Shown in pieces: positions 1 to 11,788 of a DNA stretch of 64,000 nt. Every line of letters begins with the position of its first letter. Within the stretch, counting starts at the first letter, position 1. Origin of the DNA: an uncultured Acidobacteriota bacterium (GTDB taxonomy: Bacteria > Acidobacteriota > Vicinamibacteria > Vicinamibacterales > JAKQTR01); the NCBI GenBank assembly GCA_963806085.1, contig CAWDWR010000001.1:1733573-1797572 (forward strand), written 5' to 3'. The position numbers and the translations under genes are program-made. The notes below the pieces were generated by a model. The model was not told where the DNA came from. It was given only the letters and a program-made list of their open reading frames with translations, and ran no database searches.

Positions 1-765
1 CGTGATGCTGCCGGTTTTGTGGGCCACCGGCGTGCCGGGCGGCAGGCCCGCCGGGATGGCGTCGTTGAAGCGCTGCCGCTTCAGGATGTCGAGCATCTGC
101 CGGCTTGCGTCGGCGTCCACGGCCTCGAGGCGCGCAATCCGCTCCATCAGCACCATCAGCGCGCGCGCCGTCGTCGAGTTGTTGAGGCCCGCGGCGAAGG
201 CCTTGCCGTCCTCGACGCCGCGCCGCACGATCATCCCGCCCGCGCCCATGCCGTCGACGGTGCGCTGGACGTTCGGCGCGCCCAACCGCTGTATCAGGAG
301 GTTCGCCGCGAAGTTCGAGCTCACCGTGATCATCGGCTCGCACAGCTCGACGAGCGTCATCGTCTGCCCGACCCGCTTGTAGACCTCGGCGTCGGAGTCG
401 TCGCCGGTGCTCAGCGTGTACGGGCTGCCGTCGACGATGCTGGCGAATTCATTCTTCACGAGGAGCGGCTCGTCGAGCTTCACCAGGCCCGCGCGCGCCT
501 GGCGAAAGAGCTCGATCATGACCGGCACCTTCATCGTGCTCGCGGCGTGGAACTCCGCGTCCGGCTGGATGAGCAGCTCGAGGCGAGGTGACGCGCCCGG
601 CGGCTGGTCGATCGTGCGGAACGCCACCGCCACGTCCGCGCCGCTCTCCCTGATGATCTGCTCAACCGCCGCGCGAGCCTTCACCGACCCGGGTTGCGCC
701 TCCGCCGGCGCTGCACACGTCAGCGGGAACACCACCAGGAGCGAGACGAAACAGTCGATCAGCAC
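1..765 (-). CDS. Class A beta-lactamase-family serine hydrolase (partial; 3' end runs off the window start)
   Basis: Absent from the ORF track because it has no in-window stop. Reverse-strand translation in the frame ending at nt 1 reads ...HAASTMKVPVM (SxxK) ... ITVSSNFAANLL (SxN) ... VAHKTGSIT (KTG). Candidate GTG start at 765, followed by a hydrophobic signal-like LIDCFVSLLVVFPLTCAAPAEA. Confidence 0.65.
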   Translation of the reverse strand, partial: MLIDCFVSLLVVFPLTCAAPAEAQPGSVKARAAVEQIIRESGADVAVAFRTIDQPPGASPRLELLIQPDAEFHAASTMKVPVMIELFRQARAGLVKLDEPLLVKNEFASIVDGSPYTLSTGDDSDAEVYKRVGQTMTLVELCEPMITVSSNFAANLLIQRLGAPNVQRTVDGMGAGGMIVRRGVEDGKAFAAGLNNSTTARALMVLMERIARLEAVDADASRQMLDILKRQRFNDAIPAGLPPGTPVAHKTGSIT

Positions 766-1000
766 GTGGAGCCGCCGGCCCGTCGGCCGCGGGTCCTGTC
801 CGGGCCGTTTCCATCTGTGCTCGGGTGACCTTCGCTCGTCCTCCCTGCGCGCAGATGGAAAGCGCCCCGGCCACCCACGACCGACGGTCCCGAACCGTCG
901 TCGCTCCTCACGAACGAATTGGCCAGCTCGCATCACGGCGATCTCTCCGCCAGAGCAGAAGCGAACGGCCCGAAGCGCCTTCGCACCCCGGGCCGTCCAA

Positions 1001-1028
1001 CTAGCGCCTAGCGCCTAGTCCCTAGCCC

Positions 1029-1035
<7 letters not shown>
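1001..1035. repeat. Tandem heptamer array, 5 x CTAGNNC
   Basis: ctagcgc ctagcgc ctagtcc ctagccc ctagtat. The last CTAG supplies the ahcY TAG stop (1029..1031). Confidence 0.9.
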
Positions 1036-2528
<1,493 letters not shown>

Positions 2529-2684
2529 GCCTGTCTCTCCCTCACACCCGCGCCCTCCCCGGAGAGGCGGGTTTCTGGACGATTCTCTCGACACCGCAAT
2601 CCGCCAATTGTACTCGGGCCGGCGGGAACGCTGCAACGCGGAGGGCCCTGGCCCCTTGCGTCGCACCGGGCGCCCGCGCGGACG

Positions 2685-5570
2685 CTACCGGCCGGAGCGT
2701 CCAGTCTGGATGAACGCGGCCCAGCGATCGACGAGCGCCAGCCGGGCTCCACCAGTGGCCTTGTAGGCCCCGGCATACTTCGCCGCCCGCGCGGCGTCCT
2801 CGGCCTGGGTCGTGACGACCCCTCCCCTGGCATGGGCGTCGTAGAGGATGCGCATCGCCAGAAACCACGCGTTCGCATCAGCCGGATGCTGATCGAGATA
2901 CGGTTCCAGCGTGACGAGCGCCTCGGCGCCTCGCTGCTGCAACGCCTCGGCCGCCGAGAGCCTGGGGACGAACCGGTCGTCGTCTGGCCACTGGCCGATC
3001 GCCTCCCGGAGAATCACCTCCGCCTGCTTGCCGTCTCCGAGGCGGAGGAGCGCGTCCGCCAGGACGTCATAGACGATGCGTGCGCTGCTTTCCGAGACGA
3101 GCGAGGTCTGCCAGGCGCCCGCCGCTTCGCGGTCGCGCCCGCCGGCGGCGTAACACGCGCCGAGGTAGAAGGCCGCCGGCAGGAACTCGGAATCCACGCG
3201 CAGCGCCTCGCGGAACTGGGCCGCCGCCGGTTCGAGCTCTCCTCTGCCGAAGAGCGCGAGTCCTTTCAGGAACGGCACCGACAGGCGTTCCTGCCCGGCC
3301 TCAGCCAGCGCGGCGATGGCCTGGTCGAACTGCCCGCCGCGAAGCGAGGCCACCGCCGCCGACACCGGCTCGCTGGCGGCCCCATCCGCCTGCTTCAAGC
3401 GCGCGAGGAAGTACTCCAGCGCGTCGGGCGTCATCGCATCCTGCCGGCCGAACGCGCGGACCATTCCTCCTGATTCGGCCACGCCGAAGACCGCCCGGGG
3501 CCCTCCCGCCCCCGCAGACGCGGCCGAGAGGTCGAGCCTGAACGCCCGGCTGACGGTCCCCAGCTTGGTCTCGCCTTCGAACGCCGTCGCCACGACGACG
3601 TAATCGCCGGGCGGAAGCAGCGCGACGTCGACATCGGCCGCCGCCGTCCAGCGGCGCCCTCCTTCAGCCGACACGGGCTTCGCGCGTACGCCCACAACCG
3701 ACGGGCTGTCGGGCCGGTCGGCGACGTCGAACGACACGGAAGACACCGCACGGCCGCGCACGGGATACGTCTCGAGGTAGACGCCCAGGGTCGGCCCGAC
3801 GACGCGCCCGTCAACCAGGGTCGCGAGCCCCGATTCGGCCGGGCGCATCGGGTCGAGGATCAGCACGTCGCTCAGCGCGGCGCCCTCTCCGGGTCTCAGC
3901 TTCGCGTCGATGTCGTACTCGACGCTGCCCACCTGCCCGTCCGCCCCTGCCGCGGCCATCCTCACCGTGTAAAGGCCCGGACGGAGGATCAAGGTGTTGA
4001 CGTAGGACCACGATGCGTCAGCGCCGCTGCCCCGGGGCTGGAGGCGCATCCGGTCGATCGCCCCGCCCAGCCGCCGCCCGGTCCTGTCCGTGAGCGCATA
4101 TCCCACGCGCAGGTCGGCTGGCCCCGCAACGCCGCGACCCAGATTCGCGGAGAGGAGCACCCGCATCTCGCCGCTCTTGGGGTCCCGCAGTGTTTGCGCG
4201 GTGAGCCTGATCGGCAGGTCCCTGGCCAGCCGGCCGGGTTTGAGCGCCGCGACGACGGCCTCCTCCGGGCTCGACGGCGCCGGCGTCGGAGCGGGGAGGG
4301 TGAACGAGGCGCGGCTGCGCACGGTGGTGTTCGGCACACGGACCCGCACCTGGATGCGGTGGGACTTGCCGTCGCGGTCGGCCGGCTCGGGCTCCAACCC
4401 GAGGATGTACGCGGCGGAGGTTTCCCTCGCGACGCGATCGAAGGCGTTGTCCGCGCCGGCCATCACGGTGAAGAGCGTTCCCACGCTCATGCCGGCCAGC
4501 ATGTTGAGGCCGGACGACAACGACGCCTCATCCTGGAACGCCGTTGCCGGCGCCTGCCGTTGTTCGACGGAAAACGCCTGGAGCACGCTCGTCGCCAGAT
4601 ACAACACGTAGATGCGGACATTGGCGGCCGCAGCGGTCTCGGCAACGGCCTGGATCTCCGCCCGCACGTTGAAACGGGGCGATCCGTCAGGGATGAGGCC
4701 GGCGCTGATCAGGACGAGCGTCTTCGGCCCGTCGATCCCGCCAATCGCATCGACGGCCGACTGGAGCCCGTTGACGCTGCGCCTCGCCTCCGTTTCCTTC
4801 TGCTGCACCAGAATCGGGGCGTTCGCGTCGATCCGCCGGATGCACGCCTCCAGGCCCGAGTACATGCCGGGTTCCGAGGCGGCCCGTTCGCTGATGCACT
4901 CGCGTTCGATCACCTGCTGCCGGGTCGTGCTGTCGCCGCGATCGATCGCGAATGCCTCGGAGATCGAGATGTACGGGCGCACCTGCTGCAGGATGTCGGC
5001 CATGCCCAGCACGCGGCCGAGCGCCTCGCGAACCGCGGCGTGATCGATGGTTGGCGCGACAGTCGGCCCGGGGCTGGGGAATGCCGCCAGCCCCACCCGA
5101 TCGGACGGCTGAAGCTTGTCGAGGTACCTGCGGGCGCTTTCGATGGCCGCGCGTCCGGCGCCAGGCGGAAAGCTCATCTGATCGACCGCAAGGACAACCA
5201 CGCGGCCGCGCGTCCCCGGCCGCGCTTCCTCCCGCTCGTTCGAGCTGAAGCTGCTGTCGATCCGAAGCGGCTCCGCGACGGCCAGCGGAGGCTGCCCCTC
5301 GGCCGCGGCGTCCGACACGTAGTCGAGGAACGTCGCCGACGCCACCCGCCGCGGTCTGCCATCGACGGTGACCTCGAACTGCTCCGCGGTCAGCCCGGAC
5401 ACGGGCTGGCCGTTCCGGTCGACTACGTTGACGTCGACGGCGACAAGATCGACACCGGACTTGAAGGTCGGCGGTCGCTGGCCAGCCGCGCCGGGAGGCT
5501 GGTCGTGCCAGCCCGCCAGGCTCACGCCGAGCGCGACCATGCCCGCCAGCCCCGCCCTCAGCTTCATCAC
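2685..5570 (-). CDS. VWFA-related (TIGR03436-type) secreted protein with C-terminal TPR-like repeats
   Basis: 961-aa ORF with a signal peptide. The N-terminal FKSGVDLVAVDVNVVDRNGQPVSGLTAEQFEVTVDG module is typical of acidobacterial VWFA-related proteins. Central VWA-like fold, C-terminal TPR-like helices. Confidence 0.85.
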   Translation of the reverse strand: MMKLRAGLAGMVALGVSLAGWHDQPPGAAGQRPPTFKSGVDLVAVDVNVVDRNGQPVSGLTAEQFEVTVDGRPRRVASATFLDYVSDAAAEGQPPLAVAEPLRIDSSFSSNEREEARPGTRGRVVVLAVDQMSFPPGAGRAAIESARRYLDKLQPSDRVGLAAFPSPGPTVAPTIDHAAVREALGRVLGMADILQQVRPYISISEAFAIDRGDSTTRQQVIERECISERAASEPGMYSGLEACIRRIDANAPILVQQKETEARRSVNGLQSAVDAIGGIDGPKTLVLISAGLIPDGSPRFNVRAEIQAVAETAAAANVRIYVLYLATSVLQAFSVEQRQAPATAFQDEASLSSGLNMLAGMSVGTLFTVMAGADNAFDRVARETSAAYILGLEPEPADRDGKSHRIQVRVRVPNTTVRSRASFTLPAPTPAPSSPEEAVVAALKPGRLARDLPIRLTAQTLRDPKSGEMRVLLSANLGRGVAGPADLRVGYALTDRTGRRLGGAIDRMRLQPRGSGADASWSYVNTLILRPGLYTVRMAAAGADGQVGSVEYDIDAKLRPGEGAALSDVLILDPMRPAESGLATLVDGRVVGPTLGVYLETYPVRGRAVSSVSFDVADRPDSPSVVGVRAKPVSAEGGRRWTAAADVDVALLPPGDYVVVATAFEGETKLGTVSRAFRLDLSAASAGAGGPRAVFGVAESGGMVRAFGRQDAMTPDALEYFLARLKQADGAASEPVSAAVASLRGGQFDQAIAALAEAGQERLSVPFLKGLALFGRGELEPAAAQFREALRVDSEFLPAAFYLGACYAAGGRDREAAGAWQTSLVSESSARIVYDVLADALLRLGDGKQAEVILREAIGQWPDDDRFVPRLSAAEALQQRGAEALVTLEPYLDQHPADANAWFLAMRILYDAHARGGVVTTQAEDAARAAKYAGAYKATGGARLALVDRWAAFIQTGRSGR

Positions 5571-5588
5571 AGCCTCTCGTTCCGCCGT

Positions 5589-6752
5589 CTACTTCGCGAC
5601 CGCGCGGTAGCCCTGCCGCGCCCGTACGCGAACGTTCTTTCCGGGGACTTCGACGCGCAGCGTCCGCCAGCGTCCGTCCCGCGTGAGGTCCCTCGGCACG
5701 TAGCCAAGCAGGTACTGGTTCGACAACTCCTCGAGGATGTCGGCGAAGACGGCGTCGAGCTTGTCGACGCTGTCGCCGAAGAATGCCCGCCCGCCACTCT
5801 TCCGTGCGAGGCGCTCCAGCACCGTTCTGAGGCTCGCCAGCCGCGGCGCCCTCCCCTGGCCGATTGGGTACAGCACGGCGTCGCTCGCCTCCAACCGCCG
5901 CTCCGCGACCTCGATGGGCACGCGGCTGTTGAGGTCCTCGCCGTCGGTGAACACGACGAGCGCCCGTCGTCCCGTCTGACGCCCGAGCAGGTCGAACGCC
6001 TGCACGATCACGTCGTAGAGCGCGGTGCCGCCCCACGGCGCGAGGCGATCGACCGCCCGCAGCCGCGTCGGCAGGTCGACCGTCGGACGGGCCAGCGTGA
6101 AGACGGTGTCGTTGAACCCGAGGAGCGTGACACGATCGGTCGGCCTGATCGCGGTCAGGAACCGCTTCACCGACTCCTTCACCTTCGGCATCGCGTCCGT
6201 CATGCTGCCGCTGACATCGACGGCGACGATGAGCTCCAGCGGGACGTTCTCGGAGACGAACGTCGTCAGCGCCTGGGACTTGCCATCCTCGTAGAGGCGG
6301 AAGTCCTGCCGGGTGAGCCCGCGCACGAACCGCCCGGCGTTGTCGGTGACCGTGACGGTGACCTGCACCACGTCCACGTCCACCTTTTCGGTGTACTCCA
6401 CGCCCTTGGTCCGGATGCTGCGGGCCACCCTTCGGCCATCGGGCAGCGTCGCGACGGCGCGCAGGACGTGTTCCACCACGTTGGGACCGGCGTCCCACGG
6501 GCATTCGAAGGGCGGCTGCTCCAGCGTGCAGACCAGCCGGCCGTCCGCGAACAGGCTCACGTTGCTGAGAAGCGCGTCGGCGGGGGTGACGCGAATCCGG
6601 ATCGGCGTCGGGCCGCTCGCGTAGCCCCCGTCCTCGGGGGAAACGAACTCCAGGGCGACCTCGGGCGCCTGAGCCGCGAGCACCAGGCACGACACGAGCA
6701 GTGCGGCAACCAGCGCCGCGTGCCGGCCTCGAACGCTTTTACCGTCGGACAT
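5589..6752 (-). CDS. VWA domain protein (TIGR03436-type)
   Basis: 387-aa ORF with a signal peptide. MIDAS motif DVSGSM, then ...GGTALYD...VVFTDGED. The tail QYLLGYVP...WRTLRVEV is typical of the family. Confidence 0.9.
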   Translation of the reverse strand: MSDGKSVRGRHAALVAALLVSCLVLAAQAPEVALEFVSPEDGGYASGPTPIRIRVTPADALLSNVSLFADGRLVCTLEQPPFECPWDAGPNVVEHVLRAVATLPDGRRVARSIRTKGVEYTEKVDVDVVQVTVTVTDNAGRFVRGLTRQDFRLYEDGKSQALTTFVSENVPLELIVAVDVSGSMTDAMPKVKESVKRFLTAIRPTDRVTLLGFNDTVFTLARPTVDLPTRLRAVDRLAPWGGTALYDVIVQAFDLLGRQTGRRALVVFTDGEDLNSRVPIEVAERRLEASDAVLYPIGQGRAPRLASLRTVLERLARKSGGRAFFGDSVDKLDAVFADILEELSNQYLLGYVPRDLTRDGRWRTLRVEVPGKNVRVRARQGYRAVAK

Positions 6753-9700
6753 CCTCCGAACGCTCCCGATCGTCTGGGACCAGCGGCCCGCCTGCTGTCA
6801 GCGCGCCAATGTAGTCCACGAACCGACGGTCGGACAGGCGATGCACGGCCGTCATCAGCGGAATCCAGTCATCAATATACGCTGGCTGGTGGACTTCCAG
6901 CACGTCTTGAGCCGCCAACGCCATGACGGACCGTGCCAGACGCGCCGGCAGGTGCAGGTCCGAGAGGGCCTCGGCGACCCGGAGCGGAAGATCGACGAAC
7001 TGCTCGGTGACCAGCGGGCTGCCTGTCCGCCCGGCGAGCAGTTCCCGGTCGCCGGGCCGCGGGTAGCGGAGGCAGATGCAGCCTTCGGTGTCGAGCCGGG
7101 CCGCGCCCCACGCCTCGGGCTGGGGGGCGGGAGCGGGCGCCGCGCCGATGCGAGCGAGGTCGGCCAGCGAGAAGTAGTCCGGCACGCGCTCCGGCTCGTG
7201 AAGCAGGGCCCACGCCAGCGCGCGCTGCCACCATTCGTTGACGCGCGCCGCGCTCACCAAGCCGGGGAAAGTCGCCGGATCCCTCGCCGCGTCTCCAAGG
7301 CGTTGCCGGCCCTGCCGGACCGCGACGCTCAACGCATCGCGCTCCGCGTCGGACATCGCGAAGGGATGGCTGAGCGCGACCGACGCCGCCAGCGCGCCAC
7401 GGTCGATGTCGTTGCCGCCGGGCGGCGGAGGCAGGCCGTCAGTCGGGAGCCTCCTCAGCACCAGCGTGGCGAGCCCGACGTCCAGCCCCAGCACTGATCC
7501 CGTGACGTGCCAGCCGCCGGACACCCCCAGCGTTCGCTGCGGCATGCGCCACGGGTTGATGGCGCGGACGTCCGCAATCCGCTCTTCGAAGCCGAAACGG
7601 TGACGATCGGCCGGGTCACCGGCCAGCAGCTCGGGGCCCTCAGCCTCGCCCAGATGAGGCGTGTACGCGATCGATGACAGTACACGGGCGAGCAACAGGT
7701 CGCCGGCCCGCTGAAGGGGGCGGTACTGGCGCCTGAGATTGTCGGCGTTCCGGGGCGTCTTGACGCGTTGAAGCTCGTCGAGCACCTCGCCGAGGAGATC
7801 GCGCAGGCGGCTGTTGACCGCGACGGAGACCGCCGAGGGCGCGGACTGCTCGAGCAGCGCGCTCACGTTCGCTGCAAGCGCGGCGGCGTGCGGCGGCGCG
7901 TCAGCAGGCGGGTCGTTCGCGGCGGCGAGGCGGGCCACCTCTCGCGAGAGCCCCAGCACGGCATCGAGGCCGTATCCCCCCTGCTTCCGCCGGACCCGCA
8001 CCATGCGCGCGAAATCGGCCGCGCCGACATCCACCCGATAGCTCAGCCCTTCCCACTCCACCTCGGGCAGGGCCGCCCCGGCCGAGAGTCCTGCCATCGC
8101 GGCCAGCACCGTCGCCTCGGCGGAGCCCGGCGCGTTCACCGTCGGCACAACTCGATCGGGAATCGGACCGAGGGCGGGCAGGAGTTGCGCATCGAGCCAG
8201 ACCGCGATGCCGCCCAGGTATTCGTGACGATCGACCAGCGGCACGCCGGCCAGCGATTGGACGAGCCGGAGGGCCGCATCAGCCGACACGGCCCGGCTGA
8301 ACCGGATGCGCTCGACAATCGCCAGGGCTCCCTGGAACTGGCCGAGCGCGGTGGCAGCCGCCTCGCGGTCCCCAATCTCGCTGAGCCTCTGGGCGTGGCG
8401 GACGGCACCGGCATAGGTCGCCGGGTCGGTGACGCCGATCCGCTCGAGCGTCAGGAGGAGCATCGGGAAACGGATGACGCCCTTGATGGCGACGAGCGCC
8501 TGCGGCAGGTCGGCCGGCGCCAGGCCAGGGAACGCCCGCTGCCCGAACAGCCAGGCCTTGAGCAACTGCTCGCGTCGCATCGGCCTGTCGACGCAGATCT
8601 TCTGCACGAGCCACGCGGCATCGACACTGCTGTCCGGCTCGCCGGGCCTCACCAGCCGTTCCGGCTCATCCGGCAGGTCCGACCCCGAAAGGGCGGCGTC
8701 CCAGAACCGCCGGCCCGACGGCGGCGGCAGTTCACCGGAAGGCATGACGTGGGTCGCCGCGAGGAGGTGAACCGGATCGTAAGGCATGCGCTTGAACGGC
8801 CGCGCCGCCGGATCCCAGCCCGCGAGCGACGTGGCGCAGGCATAGTACAGCGCCTGGAGATACTCGGCACGAGCGCCCCGATCCGGCATGTGGAGGCCGA
8901 GCGCGAAGGCCTGGCGCGCAGGGTCGAGATGGTCGATGGCGTCGTAAAGCAGCGCCGCCCGGCCGCCGTCCTTGTCCAGCAACTCGAGCGTGAACGGCTC
9001 GGGCTCGGTGACCTTCTGGCCGAGGAGCCCTTCCCACGCGGGCTCGAGGGCGGGGCCGCCGGGCACATCGATGCGGCCGCCGCGCACACGGATGCCGCGG
9101 CCGAGCGTTGCGAGGATCGCAGGCCTGTTCCCTTCCGAGAGCGCGTCCAGGAAAGCCGGGTGTGCGCCGACGTACGTGATCGTCTCGCGGTCGACGCTCA
9201 TCAGCCCGTAGTAGAGCAGCGACGCGCGACGGTCGCTGAGCAGTGCCGTCAGCAGGTTTCCAGGTGCCGCGCTGCCGGACGGGACGAAACGGGCCCAGGT
9301 GTCGGCGTCCAACGGAAGCGGCACCTCGTCTCCCGGAATGGCAAGCGCGACCGAGGCCCCGCCGTTGAAATCGCGCTCCACCGACGCCACGTCGAGACCG
9401 GCGGCTTCCAGGCTCTGCCGGCGCCGGCGCGAGTCCTCATCGTCGCGAAGCGCCAGCCGGCACGCGGGACCCTGCTGGTCGATCTGGCCGCCGACCGCCG
9501 CGGCGAGATCGGCGACTGCGCGCCGTGACGCCTGCGAGAGGGCCAGCGCCGCGCTGATCCGGCCGCCGGGAAGCGCGTCGCGCGCGCGGAGGAACCCGGC
9601 CAGGTCGGCGAGATAGGCGCGGAACGGCTCGAATCGACGGTCCAGCGCCGGACTCGCGCCGACGGGCGCCTCGTGAACCGCGCGGATGATCTGGAGCAGC

Positions 9701-9933
9701 ACGAGGCCGCGGGGCGTGGCGGCGCCGACGCCGGCAAGCCTGGCCAGCGCGGCCGTGCCGCCCGGCACGGACAGGCTCGAGAGCCCGCCGGTCGATGACT
9801 GCACCGGTGTAGGGCGTCCTTGCGCGGTCGCGGCCGCGGCCGCCAGCAGCCACACGGCCGCGCCGAAGGCCCACGCCGCCGCCCGCGGGGTCAGCGCTCC
9901 GTGCGCACCAGGTTCAGTCCGCGAGGACGCCAT
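6739..9933 (-). CDS. Large secreted hypothetical protein (about 1064 aa), no recognisable domain
   Basis: ORF 6739..10041(-). I prefer Met37 (9933) because it is followed by the signal-like AAAWAFGAAVWLLAAAAATAQG. Uniformly high GC3. It overlaps its neighbours by 14 nt and 20 nt, consistent with translational coupling. Confidence 0.7.
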   Translation of the reverse strand: MASSRTEPGAHGALTPRAAAWAFGAAVWLLAAAAATAQGRPTPVQSSTGGLSSLSVPGGTAALARLAGVGAATPRGLVLLQIIRAVHEAPVGASPALDRRFEPFRAYLADLAGFLRARDALPGGRISAALALSQASRRAVADLAAAVGGQIDQQGPACRLALRDDEDSRRRRQSLEAAGLDVASVERDFNGGASVALAIPGDEVPLPLDADTWARFVPSGSAAPGNLLTALLSDRRASLLYYGLMSVDRETITYVGAHPAFLDALSEGNRPAILATLGRGIRVRGGRIDVPGGPALEPAWEGLLGQKVTEPEPFTLELLDKDGGRAALLYDAIDHLDPARQAFALGLHMPDRGARAEYLQALYYACATSLAGWDPAARPFKRMPYDPVHLLAATHVMPSGELPPPSGRRFWDAALSGSDLPDEPERLVRPGEPDSSVDAAWLVQKICVDRPMRREQLLKAWLFGQRAFPGLAPADLPQALVAIKGVIRFPMLLLTLERIGVTDPATYAGAVRHAQRLSEIGDREAAATALGQFQGALAIVERIRFSRAVSADAALRLVQSLAGVPLVDRHEYLGGIAVWLDAQLLPALGPIPDRVVPTVNAPGSAEATVLAAMAGLSAGAALPEVEWEGLSYRVDVGAADFARMVRVRRKQGGYGLDAVLGLSREVARLAAANDPPADAPPHAAALAANVSALLEQSAPSAVSVAVNSRLRDLLGEVLDELQRVKTPRNADNLRRQYRPLQRAGDLLLARVLSSIAYTPHLGEAEGPELLAGDPADRHRFGFEERIADVRAINPWRMPQRTLGVSGGWHVTGSVLGLDVGLATLVLRRLPTDGLPPPPGGNDIDRGALAASVALSHPFAMSDAERDALSVAVRQGRQRLGDAARDPATFPGLVSAARVNEWWQRALAWALLHEPERVPDYFSLADLARIGAAPAPAPQPEAWGAARLDTEGCICLRYPRPGDRELLAGRTGSPLVTEQFVDLPLRVAEALSDLHLPARLARSVMALAAQDVLEVHQPAYIDDWIPLMTAVHRLSDRRFVDYIGALTAGGPLVPDDRERSEDVRR

Positions 9934-11771
9934 CGGGCCGTCGCCAATCTGCCAGAGCCGCGAGTTCCTGTTCGAGGCGGGCCACCAGTCCGTCGAACCG
10001 CGTGATGACCGCCTCGACGGTTCCCGGCTCCCGCAGGTCAACGCCGGCGCGCCGCAACTGGTTCATGGGATAGTCGCTGCCGCCCGACTTCAGGAGGTCG
10101 AGATAGCGATCGACGGCCGCCGCCCGCGCCGCGGGCTCGTCCTGGAGGATCTGTTCGGCCAGCCACGCGGCGGACGCGAAGCACGTGGCGTACTGATACA
10201 CGTAGTAGGGGGACTGGTAGAAATGAGGCACGCGGGCCCAGGTCAGGCGCGCCAGCGGCTCCTCGTCGAGGGCGTCGCCGTAGTAGTCGGTGAGCAGCTG
10301 CCCGTACAGGCCGCTCAGGATCTCGGCCGTGATCGGCTGGTCCGTCTCCGCGAGCCGGTGGGCCTGCAGCTCGTAATCGGCGAACAGGACCTGCGCGAAG
10401 AAGGTGCCGGCGATGTTCTCGATGGCATGCTCGAGCAGCACGATCCGCGCGCGGGGGTCGGTGGCCCGGGCCAGCAGGTAGTCGAGCAGCAGCGCCTCGC
10501 TGAACGTCGACGGCACCTCGGCCACGAAGATCGTGTAGTCCGAGTACACGAACGGCTGGTGGGCGTGCGCCAGCACGGTGTGCATGTTGTGGCCCATCTC
10601 GTGCGCCAGCGTGAACACGGCGTCGAGCGTGTCGTTGTGATTGAGCAGCATGTACGGGTGCACCCCGTAGACGGGCGCCGAGTACGCCCCGCTCCGCTTG
10701 CCCTCGTTCTCGTAGACGTCGATGCTGCGGTTTGCGAATCCGCTCCGGACGCGCTCCCGGTACGCCTCGCCGAGCGGAGCCACGGAGGCTTCCACCCACG
10801 CCCGGGCCTCGTCGTAGCTGTAGGACCGGTCGGCGTCGACAATCGGGATCTGGATGTCGTAGATGCAGTACCGATCGAGCCCCAGGGCCCGCCGGCGCAG
10901 GCGGTGGTAGCGCTGCAGCGAGGAGGCGTGGGCGCGAGCTACGGCGATGAGCGTCTCGACCACCGACGAGGGGATGTTGTGGACGTGCAGCGCGGCGTCG
11001 AGCGTCGCCGCATAGCCGCGCGCCTGCGCCGCGAACCAGTCGCGCTGGCAGACGCCGTTGTAGAGCGCCGCGTAGGTGTTGCGCGCCGTCGCGAACGTGC
11101 CCAGGTAGGCGCGGAACGCGGCCTCGCAATCGGACTGCCGGCGCGCCGTCGCGAGAATGGATCGGAACTCGCCGTACGACACCGTCACCGCGCGCCCGTC
11201 GCTCAGCGTGATGGTCGGGAACGCGGCGTCCGCCGTCGAGAGCGCCTCGTAGGCATCCGAGGGCGCCCCGTCGAACCGGCTCACGAGCGACATCAGCCGC
11301 TCGCCCTTCTCGTCGAGCACGTGCTCCTGGAGCCTGAAGAGGTTCTCGATCGCGAAGCGGTAGACGGCGAGCGGTGCGCTGGCGTCCATCCACGCGCGGA
11401 CCCGGTCGAGCGGCAGGCCCAGGAGCTCGGGATTGAACCACGATGTGGCCTGCTGCCAGCGGGCCATGAGGATCTGGACCTTCTGCCGCCGCGCGCCCAC
11501 GTCGTTGTCGCGTTGATCCTCGTCGTGGGCCAGCGAGGGGTAATAGTAGACCGCATACGCGAGCTGGCCGAGTTCGTCCATCGCCCCATACGCCTCGAGG
11601 AGGGCGTCCGGCCCCGACGCCAGGGACCCGCGGCGGCCGGCAAACGCGGTGACCAGCAGCTCGAGCCGGCTGAATGCCCCGTCCCACCGGTCCCAGGACG
11701 GGAAGATGGGCGACAGAATCCCACTTGTACTCGGCCGGGATCTCCGATCGGACGCGGGTCTGGGGCTTCAC
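9914..11771 (-). pseudogene. pepF: Oligoendopeptidase F (M3B), apparent +1 frameshift near 11717 (sequencing error not excluded)
   Basis: ORF 9914..11581(-) carries HEMGH (TLAHEMGHNMH). The canonical N-terminus VKPQTRVRSEIPAEYKWD lies in another frame (ORF 10038..11960), starting from GTG 11771 with GAGGGGAG upstream. The downstream frame continues ...LSPIFPSWDRWDGAFSRLE. The junction reads AAGTGGGAT-T-CTGTCGCCC. Confidence 0.8.
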
Positions 11772-11788
11772 GCGGGGCCCGCTCCCCT

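Noticed and set aside
2529-2684. Possible SAH riboswitch in the 156-nt ahcY leader.
   Set aside because: The conserved SAH-riboswitch core strings (GAGGAGCG ... AACGGCGCUCAC) are absent. I see only a generic GC hairpin (2547..2571). A covariance-model search would be the decisive test.
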